Source: Paragordius varius (lineage: Eukaryota > Animalia > Nematomorpha). From it: a stretch of DNA of 64,000 nucleotides. Positions within the stretch are counted from its first letter, which is position 1, and each line of letters opens with the position of its first letter. The notes below the pieces were generated by a model. That model ran no database searches. It was not told where the DNA came from and saw nothing but the letters and a program-made list of their open reading frames with translations. This document shows, one piece after another, positions 1 to 13,900 of this stretch. The stretch is taken from the NCBI GenBank assembly GCA_964247055.1, contig OZ176050.1, forward strand, positions 12,400,001-12,464,000, given 5' to 3'. Position numbers and translations under genes: made by a program.

Positions 1-92
1 CGTACCGAGAGAAGAGGGGGAACATAATTTACGGTCGCTTCATTGAGGCCACGAGTAATTTTGAATAAAAGTTTTGGTAACATACGCCTTTA

Positions 93-854
93 TCATGTGT
101 ATTCATAAGTTCTAACCGGTTTAATTAATTAGACCTCTGCGAAAAGTAAGCAGAAGATTAATTTGATACAGGACCCATTTTGTTGATCTTACAATACACC
201 CAAAATTTGATTTACCAAAAACTAGGTCTTACTTTTATCATTAAGCGGAAAGACAACATTTTAAGCATTTATTGCAATCAAGAAAGTGATGCTGTTGTAA
301 GTTATGTATGTTAGTAGAACGTATGGTGAACATGCTTTATCAATTAACACCTGTCAAACATGGTTTTGAATATTAATGAAATCATATGAAAGAGTGTGAT
401 TGCTGTGGTAGACCGCGCCACTGCAAAACAATTAAATGCAAGAGCTTTTGGATAATGACACAACTGAAACTCAACAACAATTGGCAGAAACACAAAGGTA
501 TCCGGAATGAATCATAAAACATGGCAAAGTGATTTTGAAAATGATTATGCTTTGTCTCAAACAGTAAAATTAGATACACCTTAAAATCAATAGCTAATTT
601 TTCCTCATCCGATGAACTCTCCTGACCTGATGCCACCTGACTTATTTCATGAATCAAGACCTTTGCAAAGTAGCTACTAATATCGAAGGCATTGTAATAA
701 TGGTTTTCTACATGAGAAAATCAATTTTTCTGGCACGGCGCTGAGGGATAGGCAAAATGTTTAGAAGCTGATAGACAATGTTTGAATAATATAAATTGAT
801 TTCCTTTCAAAATTAAATTTTTTTTCACAAAAAATCGCTTATGAATACACCTGG
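93..854 (+). mobile_element. Decayed, internally deleted mariner transposon
   Basis: Inverted ends TA|TCATGTGTATTCATAAG ... CTTATGAATACACCTGG|TA. Transposase remnants QELLDNDTTETQQQLAE, HPMNSPDLMPPD and GQCLE are broken by stops and frameshifts. Confidence 0.75.
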
Positions 855-1384
855 TAGGCAAATAAATATTTTTTAATCTATCGTTTAAAACTGTATCAAA
901 TGACTTTTCGAATTTGGCTGTTTTTGGCCAATTTATAAATTTTAACTAATTTGGCGCTTAATTTTTAAAAATATAAAATGTTTCAAAAAATCTACAAAAA
1001 ATAAACTTCAATAACTAATTCTAATTTTTTTAAAGCTATAAGATCAAAAGTCTTTTTAATCCCTCTAAGCTAGAAAGAATCATAAATTGCCAAATTTTAG
1101 TTTTGTTTCAAATAAACATCATATCAAATTAATTTAAACTTTGATATAAGCCTACTTTATCATGAGATCAACTTTCCAGCCAAAAAAAACTATAAGACAA
1201 ATAATTTTTTATAAGCCAACCATATTTTTTAAACTTGACTAACCCTTTTTAGATTGCAATACCTTGAGAGAAATTTTGGGATATGTTTTTTATTAAGTAC
1301 CAGACTTTCAAATATGAAACAAAATATTAAGCCATAATGTTTTTAGGTTACATTGTTTGTTGCAAATATTGTATTATTTAAACT

Positions 1385-1651
1385 TACAGGGGTGAATTTA
1401 CCTGAAATGTATTTATACGGACAAAATCTAAAAATATAAAGACAAATATTTATCTAAAAGACAACCATACTTTTTAAAACTTTAATCTTTAAAATTTAAT
1501 ATTTATGTTATTGATATTATATCTATTTCAGACTTTACCACTTTAAACAATGAGTTATATTGAAATAAATCAAGAATTTGGTTGTCTTTTAGAAAAAAAT
1601 ATTTGTCTTTCTTATTTGCGTTTTGTCCGTATAATTTCAGTTTTTATTGTA
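1385..1651. mobile_element. MITE family A copy (long TIRs, TA-flanked), diverged left end
   Basis: TATACGGACAAAA..AAGACAAATATTT..GACAACCATACTTTT and its reverse complement at the other end. Confidence 0.7.
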
Positions 1652-3158
1652 ACATTCTTTAATGAAGCCTAAAATTTCAGATGGCTATCAAGTTTATTAT
1701 GAAGACCATTAAAATTATAAAAAATATAAGAAAAACGGATGTATATTAAATTTTCAATATTATTGCCGTGTATGTAATCAAGTTTTGAAATGTTTTATAA
1801 AAATTAATGCTGAGAAATAGAGATACTTAAACAAATCTAATCTCTCATCCATTCCTTACTGAATTTAATTAAAAATTTTATGAATCTGGGAAAATAGAAA
1901 AAATTAAGGATAAGCACCAACATTTTTGCCAAAAAATTACGAAATTCAATTATTATTATATATTATATATAATTTATTTATGTTCGTTCGATAAATTATA
2001 CAACAAATTTATTTACAATAATATATATATGAATGTGTATGGTTTACGCTCAAACGAATATTAGGCACATTTTGTCATCCTTCCTTTACCATTATATAGA
2101 ATAGAAAAAAAAGAATGATCATGAATATTAAATGGGTTCAGTAAATTTATTCCTTTACATTTGGTTTATCAGTCCTTAGCATTATACTGACTGATTGAAT
2201 TAAAGATTAACTTTCTTTCGCTTTTTTTGTGAAAGTAGGTTTTCTAAGAATTTTTTCTGTCTGTTTCCAAAATGTGTGTGTTGTGGTTCCTGGAAAGTTT
2301 TTTTACCAAGGTATAATAGCTCAGAGTTGTTTCTAATGGTAAAAATATAATTGCCTAATATTTGTATATCGATTAGTAGTTGGCATTTTTGGCATTTGCT
2401 TTAAACTTTTTTTGACATATTGATTATTATTATTATTATTATTATTAATATAAAATGAAAGATTTGGAAAATATTGTGGAGCATACAGACTGGAACAGGA
2501 CAATGTCACATAAATATATCTAACCTAATTAAGGTTGCTTACTGATTTAGAGAGAAAACATAGTTTATCTGACTGATTTATTATTCTGCATAATATGTTT
2601 ACCAATTTTATTATGGATTCAAAAACTGTGCTGTCCTTTTCCTATAACCTTAAGTGAAAAGAGAGCCAACCAACAAATTATACGAAATTGAGTTAAATTG
2701 ACTAAACTAAAGTTAACTTAACACATAAATAATTATTCCATAATGATTTTTCATTAAGTGGTGGTGTGGTGTATAGAGTTTAAATCTTTCCATCGAAAGT
2801 GAATATAAATTAGAAAGGTTTTATCACTGTTTTGATATTTTAAAAAGAGAATATGTAATAGAGTTACGTATTTTGAGTAATAAAATAATATTGACTGGCC
2901 TAATTTGTATATTTTAAAAGTGGAGAATCCGAAAAAAGCTACATTTTATCAGATAAAAAATGTCGAATATGTCCAATTGCTTTTATTCTAAACATGATTA
3001 AATAAAGTTATACACACTTTATAAGGAGGTGTAACCGGTAAGAATAAGTTTTATAATCATTTTTAAATAAAAACCCGCTTAACTTCGCCTTTATCATTAA
3101 AAACGACAAAGTGCCCGCGTCGAAATATGGTTTGTTCATTCGCAAATAAAATTTCTAT

Positions 3159-3438
3159 TACAGTAAAAATTGAAATTATACGGACAAAACGTGAAATCAA
3201 GACAAATATTTTTTCCAAAAGACAACCATACTTTTTTAATCTTGATTTTTTTTTTAATCTTGATTTTTTTAAAATACAAAGTATAATATAGAAATGTAAA
3301 TTGGTAACACAATCAGTTATGTATTTTACGATAGCAATTAAAAGGATAAATTAAGGTTAAATATGATTGCCTTTTGAAAAAAAAAATTTTGTCTTTATAT
3401 TTTTACATTTTGTCCGTATTATTTTAATTTTTACTGTA
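3159..3438. mobile_element. MITE family A copy
   Basis: TACAGTAAAAATTGAAATTATACGGACAAAA ... TTTTGTCCGTATTATTTTAATTTTTACTGTA. Confidence 0.85.
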
Positions 3439-4679
3439 ATATGAAATAATTTGTGGTATAATATATAGTTTATATCCAAGAGTTTACTTATTCTTTCAAA
3501 TTAATCATCATTTTAAATACTATTTCCACACACTTTTATACTAGGATTTGTAAAAATATTCACAGGATATATTTAACATTGTTCATTTTTGGAATGTGTT
3601 GTGTTCTATCTAAGATTCTATTTTAAAAGCAGGACCAATTTTGAGACATATCTCTGAATAAATTTATCCTCCATTCCAAGTTAAAAAAATCAATTCTGAA
3701 TTTATAATGTAAGCTTAACAAATGAGATTACTCTATGAGAGCAGTTTCCGTGATGCATAATTTGAATTGCTTGTTTGGCATAAAAATTGTCAAATATCAA
3801 ATTATAATACATTTTATGTAAGTTTTTTATTTTAAATTTATTCGTCAATAATTCGGCAAAAAAATTATAATTTACATTTTCAATTAAGTAAATCCCATTT
3901 AAATTAAAATAAAAAATCAAATGCAAAAATTAAATTTAATTTTTTAAAACTCAAAATTGCCTGCCAGTTGTTTGTTTTTTAGATTAATATATATTGTTTA
4001 AAAATTTTCAAATATTTATTAATTATATAATGAAAATTGTTTATTTATCTCATTAAAATACTAAAAAAAAATAATGAATATTCAAATAATATATATATGA
4101 AGTAAAAAGATTTTTCTTAAACCAACTTAAAATAATGATAACAAGACACACTCACTTGCAACGAAATCTCTGAAATTCTGAATATTAATATGTGAGAAGA
4201 TGAGTATAGGTGCCAGACTGGACGAAAAAAAAAGAAATTTGAATTAATTAAGATGTGGTTAGGAGCATGGTTTGGAAAAATAAACGACCTTATAACTTAA
4301 AAACTTATCATTTAATCCTTTTTTCTAGAAATTTTCAACTTTTTTTTCCGGAATATATAAATTTTCATCTCTAATCTATCCAATTTTTCACATTTTGTTA
4401 TCTATTTCATCTATCTTTTGGTCAAAAAATATTTTTTTGTTATATATTGAAATTATATATCATTTTGTATGATTTTTGCGTAAAATATATTTCACCTCAA
4501 AAATATCTATCTACTATGTATAAAACAATGGAATAAAAAATTGAGATATAATTCTTGTAGAAATAATTTTATTATTTTCATATCGTAAATTATAATCGCA
4601 TGCACGTTTTATTATGTGTGGTTTAAATTGGTGTTTCTTATTTTAAAATAATTCCCTTTCCTATAATGATATTCTTGAC

Positions 4680-7600
4680 ATGTTATCAGCTCATCTTCAA
4701 TTATTATCATCTCTTAATTTGTTTTTTGTACGCACTAATTTTGTAATAATTGTCTTGTCAAATTTTTTTATTTCAATTATCTTTTTAATCGCAGCACTGC
4801 TAATAATTTGTTGTCTATGGTACCCGAGGAAAAAATGTTTATTAATTAATAGTTCATATTTTGTAAAAACTACGATAATAATTAGTCTTTTACCGAGTTT
4901 GATTGGTAAAAATTCTGCAAAAATAGAGGCTTCAACTCTAAAATCTCCAAAAATCAGCTCAAATGCTTTCACCCCACCACCCTCATTTATTACAACAAAG
5001 ACTCAGTTTGAAATAGTTGGGCACACACGGTTAATTCAAATTCGACAAGGTGCTATAATTGGTACAATATGGAAGCCAAAATATAAATTATATCCAATTC
5101 CTCATAATTTCGAAAAAATTAATCCCAACAATCTAAATCCAAAAGTAAATCCAAAGGTAAATCAATACTATGTTGGCTCAGGCAAAAAATCACCGCCAGT
5201 CGTTAAGACATATTTGGGTATAAAATTTGCCAGTGCAGGCCCCCAACGTAGATTTATGCCGCCTGGGCCAGCCCCAAAATGGAAAGGTTTACTCAATGCC
5301 ACAATGTTGGGTCCAATATGTCCCCAAAAATTACTGGAATTTACCAAAAACACTAAAGATACATTACAAAATTTTAATTCCCACACTTTTTCCAATCATC
5401 AAATAAAACATGATAAATCACAGAAGGTTGATGAAAATGTACAACAGTTGAACATCAATGAAGATTGTCTAAATCTGAATCTTTATATTCCTGACTTTGA
5501 ATCTTCTCTGGCTCCAAACTACAATAGTAAGTTGATTTTTCTAATTTGTGAGTATACTATATATTATCTGTGTGCTTTGCTTCCACTAAATTCGTCGAGT
5601 TTTTGAAAAACACTTTCAACCCAGTTTATAGGAAGTAGTATTATATAGTCAAAATATTTATGGATTATAATAGAACCAAGCCCATTTCCTTTCATAATGA
5701 TAAGCTTTTCAACCATTTCCTTTCTTATATTTTTAAGTCCTATTTTTATAATTGTTTAAATTAATCACTTTTGGGACTCTGATTAATCGAAAATAGTGCT
5801 AAAACTAAAACTTGATTTTTTGAAGAAAAAATTTAAAATATTTATAAAATAATTAATTGCTTAAAACATTTTATTTTTAAAATGGTCTCATGATGCGCAT
5901 TATTAGCCATGTATTTCCCCCTCAATATTGGTTATTGTAAAGAAACTCCACTGTTTTTTGTATCTGAGTTTAATTTTATTCTTAGCCGCCTTCTACGGTG
6001 TAATTATTTTAATAATTTAAAATATTTAGCCTTATATTCATTGACAGCTATTTTCATAACCTATTTAATCCAAATAAATCATTAAAAATCAATATGCAGG
6101 TTATTTGCATATTTATAAATAATTTTAACTTTATCATTTTTAACAGATGTCAAATATGGATACTAAATTTTATTCAATGAAATGTGTTATTATAGTTATG
6201 TTATAACATTAGGTTATAAATATTCATATAAGGAATTATCCAACCTCTATGCTAAAGCTTATGAAAAATTATCATTTTTAATTATGTTAATGGATTTTAA
6301 TAAGGTGGCAAAGAACGGACTCTATAAAATTTAATTTTTAATTTAGAAAAAAGTTTTTTTATATATTAAAATTATCTTAATGCCAGAAGAAAGCATCATC
6401 AAATATTGATTTATCATGGGAATTCTCAGTTTTACCTTGGTTTAGTTTATAAAATTTGGACGTTATTATTTATTTAAGAAAATCGAAAAAATAAAATCTG
6501 TCAAAAATATCAATAAAATATATATGTAAATAGTTTTACATAAAAAACTAAAATTATACGGCAAAACGTAAAAATGTAAAGACAAATATTTTTTTCTAAA
6601 AATCTACTTTAATATAACTCAATGTTTTAGATGGCAAAGTGTGAAATAGATATGTAAATTACTAACACAATCAATTCTATATTTTACAATTGTAACTAAA
6701 TAGTTTATATAGTAAGGTTGAAGTATGGTTGTCTTTTAGATATTGTCTTAATATTAGTTGGTTTTGTCCGTATAAAGTTTTTATTTTTACTGTAAGTCGT
6801 CTCAAAACTTGATTCAAACTTTTATGGTGGCATTTAAAATTCGAGTAAATATGCGAAATTAAAATACAGTTTTTTATAGAAGAGTATAAATTGGCCAGCT
6901 ACAGTTTGTTTTCCCAATTTTTCTAGAGTTTAAAGGCACGTATATATTTGATAAAAACAGCTGTGATCTTTGAAATCAAGACCTAACGATAATAATTAGC
7001 TGCATTAATGCAATTAAATGCAAATAACATTTATTTTTTAACATTATAGCGAGTTTTTATAGCGAGAGCTATTCTATAAAAAATCTAAAATTAATGTTTG
7101 GCGTCAAAAAGTTGAGTTGATGATTTTTTACAATATTTTTCTAATATTTTTCTGATTACTTTTAAATTCTATTTTGAATTGGTGCCTAATCATGGAAATT
7201 TTAAGGAAATTTGAAATTATAGGGTAAAAAATCACAGTAGAAGCAAAATAAAGGTTAAATTTTAGATCAGGTATGTCCAACACCCGGCCCTCCGACATTT
7301 TCTTAACAAAATTAATATTTCTTAAACAATTTTTCGAATTTAATCTATCCTATTGGCAGGAAGTATAAAAAAATTGCGATATTGTGCTTGTATTTTACAG
7401 TCTTACGTTTAAAATCTAATAAAATATTTACAAATGACCAATATTTCCGAATGCGACCAGCAAAGCCATTTATGTTGGACATCCCTGTTTTAGTTAACTT
7501 TTAATTTATTTTTTAAAAAGATTATGCGCGCACAAAAAATAATTATCATGGTGAAAATTAATTATAATACTAAAAATAATAGTTGTTATCAATTTTCTAA

Positions 7601-7861
7601 CATATATTTATACTAATCCAGAAACTTTATACAATATATTGACGATTGCAAAATAAAAATGGACATAGTTATTAATCTTTATGTTTAGAATTTTTCCAAC
7701 AAAAATCTTAAATAATTCCTGTGGTGAATGACACAGCTTTATTCCCTGGTGATTTTATCATTAGTTTTTTTTGTCTTTTTAGGTTTTTTTTGTATCATCC
7801 TGATTATTATTTAGAAAAAGTAATAATAATTTTCAATTTACTACACAAAACATATTATCAA

Positions 7862-7901
<40 letters not shown>

Positions 7902-10900
7902 TTCAATAATCCAATCAAAGAAGGAGAAATAATTTGAAAACTGTAAAAATGGATTTAAAGTTTTGTTAGGTTTTAAACATGTATAAATATTATTAAATTT
8001 TGATAACATTTATATGGATTGTCTTTTCCGTTATACAATTAGTTTTTGATTATTTAAGTTTTCACATATTTAAAAGTTAAAGAATTGATTCTATTCTAGG
8101 TGGATAAGGTTGTTTAAATAGTCTATTCTAGTTGGATAAGGTTTAAATAGGTTAATAAGCAAATTATTTAGCAAACTCTAAATAATGTTTTGTTTAGTTC
8201 ATAATAAATATTTATGTATTAAAATTTTTGAATTAAATTGTGAAAAACTTAAACTTAGCTTTTTAAAAAAATACAGAACGATAATAACAAATGTAGGACG
8301 TGACTTTTGGCATAAAAGTCCAATTTAAAGTAAAAAATTTGACATTTTACAAAAAAATGAGGTTTAGTAAAATAAATTATTTATCTGCAGTACAAATCAT
8401 ATTTAACTTTGATTAGTTTTATGTTTAAACCACTATTTGGTAAATCGTTTTTTTAAGAAAAGATGTATATCGAAATTGGTGATTTTTTATAGGTTTTTTA
8501 ATATAATAATATATATTTATAGATTAGGGACTTTTAGAAAGTTATGGATTTTATGAATAATTTGTATCCTATTAAAAGGGATTTCATTTTATAATTGTGC
8601 AACTATGCTTTTTTTCGACATATTTTTTGCTTTATGGATAAAGAAATATTAAAAAAGTTATTAATTATGAAAGCGAAACACGGTTATAAGGGTGGTTCAT
8701 TATAAATATATAAATAAAACTGCAAATTGTATTATATCGCTCTCAGTTGATATGCATGTGTGCTACGCACATGATATAAAAAGCCATAAGAAATAATTTT
8801 AAACACTAATATTTAAAATTAAATCCTCAAACTTAAGCTATATATTTATGCGCCTTTAGTTAGCTGAAAAATTAAATATAAGTTAAATTGGTAGGTGCTT
8901 TGGGGTACTACATTTAGGATAAATAAAAATTTTATAAGAATGTTAGGTGAACTAATCCGGAGTGATGTGATGTTTTATTGAAATATATCCTCAGAGTTTA
9001 TATTTTTTTATTATTAATAAACGCCATATCTGTTTATATACTGTCAAGCCGAATATATTACAATAGATATTTGTTTTAGTTTTCGCAAATTGTCAATTTA
9101 ATTTATTTAACATTGCTTTTTGTTTTTGTCCAATTATTCTGTTGACATCAAAGCATGTAATACACTATAATTTAAAAACGGTTTAAGCCTATCAAACCGT
9201 AAGGTTAAAATACCGCTAAAACTAGATATAATCTTTGAACATGTTAACGATAAAAATTATATCAAATACGGATAATAAAATCTGAAAAAAATTATGAAAA
9301 TTACTTTAATTTTATATTTATTTGTTGTAATTTGACATATTACACTATGAAAAGAAGTTATATTATCTTCTTTTGGTGTCTTTTCATTTGTGAAGTTTAT
9401 TGATAAGTTATCACGTTACTGCATTTAACCGTTCAACAGGTTGTTTTAAAGGGTCAATTTTCTACAAGATATTAGAAAATTTTAATTATTTTTTATAAAT
9501 TAAAAGGGATTACATTTCCCAAAATATAGAGTTTTGAGCTTTCTTTTTTCTTTCTAATGAACGGTAAGGACTTACATTTCAGAAGAGCTTTAACACTCGC
9601 CTGCCCTGGGCTGACATGAAAATAGTTTCGGCCTTCCTACTTTGGTAACAGATATACCAAAGCATTGTGCAAAACCCGTAGATTCTAAAATAACTTTTTT
9701 ATTGCTACACGTTAAAAATGTTTGTATGTATTATTTTAATTCAAATTTTAAAATTCTTGGAAATTTCTCGATAAAAAGCTTGTTGATCAAAGAACAAAAA
9801 CCCATGGGGATTTCACAACGATTTCATTATATTAACTCTTTGAAAAAGATCAAAGAATAATTCATTGATTGGAATGTTTAATTTTTTAATTTTACTCATA
9901 AATATCAAATTTTTTATTCAAGGAAAAATATACTGAGAATAATTAATTATATTGAGTTCTACCTATAAATGATATTAAATTTCTGATAATTATTTTATTT
10001 TTGATTATAAGATAATTTTAACGTCTATTCGTTTTCATAAGTTTTTACCGGTTTTTAGTATAAACTTGTAAATTTGAAAGGAAAAATTATTATTTTATTC
10101 AAAATATTGTCCACCGGCATCTACACGTATTACCCAAATCATTGGTAATAGGAAAATGGCACAAAATTAATTATCCTATGCCGAAAGCCATTCGACAAAC
10201 CATTTTCCAACGTCTTCGGAATTATTGAAGTGCTGCTCTGCGGCGGGTGCCCCCTTGATGTGAAGTTATAGCAGATAGCGCAAATCAGGAGAAATCATAG
10301 ATTGTGGTGAAAATTCCCATTGGAGCGATTGTAAAGTGTCTTCCACCAATTTCACTATGCGAGACAAAGCATTATCATGTAGCAAAATCGTTTTGTCATG
10401 TTTTCTGGTGTTCATTCTGTTTTTATGCTTATAATTAGGTATTTGTTGGCGAGAGTGCTCCATATTGACAATTTCACTATAAGTAAAGAATTCATACTGC
10501 TTTGGTCTAACCAAACACAGAGCATGGTTTTCTTGCTCAGGCGATTAGGCTTTGTTGTAGATAAAACGGCCAGAGAGGTGAGAGTCACGATTTTTCCGCC
10601 TCGGATAAACATCCATTTCTCAAAACTCATCCTAATTCGATGCAAAAAACTTCTTCTCGCGGCGTTGAAGCAGGATTTTACAAGCCACCCTGCGATTTAG
10701 GATTTAACGTTTATAAAAATTTTGGAGGTAATTCTACCGAGTTTTTGGTTTCTCCCATTGCTCAAAAACATCTATTTTTGTGGTACGTGTAGTGTTTCTA
10801 TCGATTGTCATTGACTTTTAGTTTAATCATTATCCAATAACTCTTGCATTTAATCGCCTTTGCATTTGTGAGGTCTACCAGAGCGCACACACTCTTTCAC

Positions 10901-13900
10901 ATGAAATCATAACTTTTAATATTCGACACCATGTGTTCATCAATAAAGCATGTTTAGCATATTTTTTTCTAACAAAAGATAACTTTTAACAGCTTTTTTC
11001 CGAAGGCACAAAATTTGACATGATTATTGAATGATAAAAGACTCTAGTTTTTGGTGAACTCAAATTGAAGTTTTTTAAAGTTTAATATTAGATGAACAAA
11101 ATGAGGTCTTTATCTATTTAATCGTCCATGTTATTTTCGCTTATGTCTTCCCCTAATTAAACCATGTATACACCTGGTATAATATGCATTTCCCAAAAAA
11201 TTATGTATGTATTATATCTTAAATAATCCACAATATTTCGTTTTTAAACTGCATTTATGGTAGTGAGTAGGATGACTTAAAAACCAGTTACCAACAACTA
11301 TTTACCATTAAAAAGCTGTACAGAATTTTCGTAAAAACTAAAATATATTATTGTTGTAACAGTTCGATGTTTATATTAAATAGAAAACCGGTAATAATTA
11401 AAGTTTAATAGCATATTTAAAAATCAAAAGTTTTTTCATTGCCTAAATTAAACAACAAAATCCACTTTTCATAAATATTTATTTTATTTTCGAGAATATT
11501 AAAACTCCCATACATAAAAATGTGTTATACCATACATAATTCCATCTTTTGTAAGAAATGCGACAGAATCTTTTTGTGGTGGAAACATTAAAATTATTTG
11601 ATAATTACATTAAATAGCTATATGAACTATACTTTATAGACAGATCTAAACCTGTGGTTTTAATGTTATGGTTGGAGTCATTTGAACAAAAAGGTGAATT
11701 GCCTGATCCCAAACATCTGGCGTTAGAATTGAATGCCATCATCATAACGTTTAACATTCGATTGGGAATATTTGGTAAGTTTAGGGAAACTTAAGCGTTG
11801 AAGGGGTGCGGGATTTTAGATAATTTTAAATAAATCTTTAAAAGTTTTTAGTTAAAATAAAACATAAAAAAATAACCCATTTATGATCACGGTTTGAAAT
11901 TCATTTTTTAATGCGAGGGGTTGTTTTAGAAATGGAGGGGGTACCATCAATTAAGCCACACCTCTGTAAGGAAAACAAATCAAATTTCATATTTAACAGA
12001 AAATCCCCAAAACAATGTATACATACTAAAAAAGACTGAATAGGGCTAATTTAAATTTTGGTTTTTTTTACTTGTTTGTTAATCATTTTAATTTTTAAAT
12101 TACTGTATGCAATATTATGTGTAATTTTTATAACTTTTTGTGAATAATATATATCTATATGGTGATTATTTAAGGCACACATTCATATTTATTTCTAAAT
12201 TAAAAGGCTTTTATTTAAATTTGTTACTAAGCACAGTGTGCAAAAAAATATGAGATAGATAACCAGATTTGCCGCAAAATTTTTATTTGTTGACGACCTA
12301 GTTTTTAAAGTATTGAGAGAAAATCAAGATTGGACAAAATATGAAATTATGGATAATTAAAAAAATAATGATGAAACTTGAAATATTGAGGATTATTATC
12401 ATTTTAGTCGAAATTTATAATTTAAAGCCTAAAGTCATATAGTTAGGATTTTTATTAAAACTCAAATCAAAATATCGTGTTTTTCCTTGAATATACTTAA
12501 TATACAATTAACATGATATAAAACTATAAATAATTTACTAGTTTATTTACATTATAATCATATTATAATATTTTTAAAAATTTGACATAAGGTTTTTTTC
12601 ACGATTCCGCTCTGAATGTAAACGGAAATTACGGATTCTTAGACATCTGCGCTGCGTTGCAATGGACTCGTGAAAATATAGCACAATTCGGAGGCGATAT
12701 AGGGTCAATAACAGTGCTTGGAGGATTGTATGGTGCACCATTGGTTAATGCATTACTCTATTCTCCTCTTACGTTCGGTATTTACAGTAATAATTAAAAT
12801 GTAAAAATGTAAAGACAAATATTTTTTTTCAAAAACAACCATATTTTTTACACCTTACTTTTTCTTATAATAAAATTACCACTGTAAAATATATAATTGA
12901 TTGTGTTACCAAAATTTCTTACTTAGCAAATGTAAATTGAAAAAAAATCACGATTCGAAAAAGTATGGTTGACTTTTTGAAAAAATATTTGTCCATACAT
13001 TTTTACGTTTTATCAAAATATTTCCAATTTATACTGTATTTGTCATAGAATCGTGAAACATAAGACAAAACTTAAATTAATGAGAAATATTTTTTTCCAA
13101 AAACAACCATATTTTTTAAACCATGATTTTTTTATAATCGATGGTTTTGATCGTAAATTAATAAATAAACATGTAAATTGGTAACACTCTCAATTTATTT
13201 AATTTATTATATTAATGTAGAAAATATTAAGGTTCGAATAGTATAGTAGTCTTAAATAAAAAAATATTTGTCTTTTTTTACGTTTTGTCTGTAACTTTTC
13301 AATTTTTACTATGGATAAAGTTTGATGAAATAGAAATTTATTAATAATTTTATCTGATAGATAAATTTAACAACCTAATTCTGATTGGGAGTACTTTTAA
13401 AAGTCAAGCAAAATTTAAAACTCAGCACGATGATGATATTATATGGAGTATTGATGGTATAACTCAAGCTATGAAAGACATATGTGATTATAAAAATACC
13501 GCGCTGTCCGTTATTAATAAAGAAATGAATTCTAACATTAGCGAGGCATTGACAAAATCTATCATTTATCAATGTTTAAAAAAGCAAATGTCCCTGAAAG
13601 ACTTGTTAAGGCTCCAAGAAACCTTGATATCATTCAATGTCGAGTGGAAACCCTATTTAGACAATTACATAATTAAGCCACAATTAATAAGGATCCGTAC
13701 TAATACACTGCCGTCACAAAGATCTCCTAACAAATTACATTTATATAATCAAACGACCACCAAAGTATTAAATATTTTATTGTCAAATTCGCTCGCATCT
13801 TACAAAGTTTTTAAAGATAACCTAATCGATATGATAAAAACGGTTCTTACCAATTCAACTGACCATGAACGTTTGGGTTTGCATTTGTTGAAGCGTCAAA

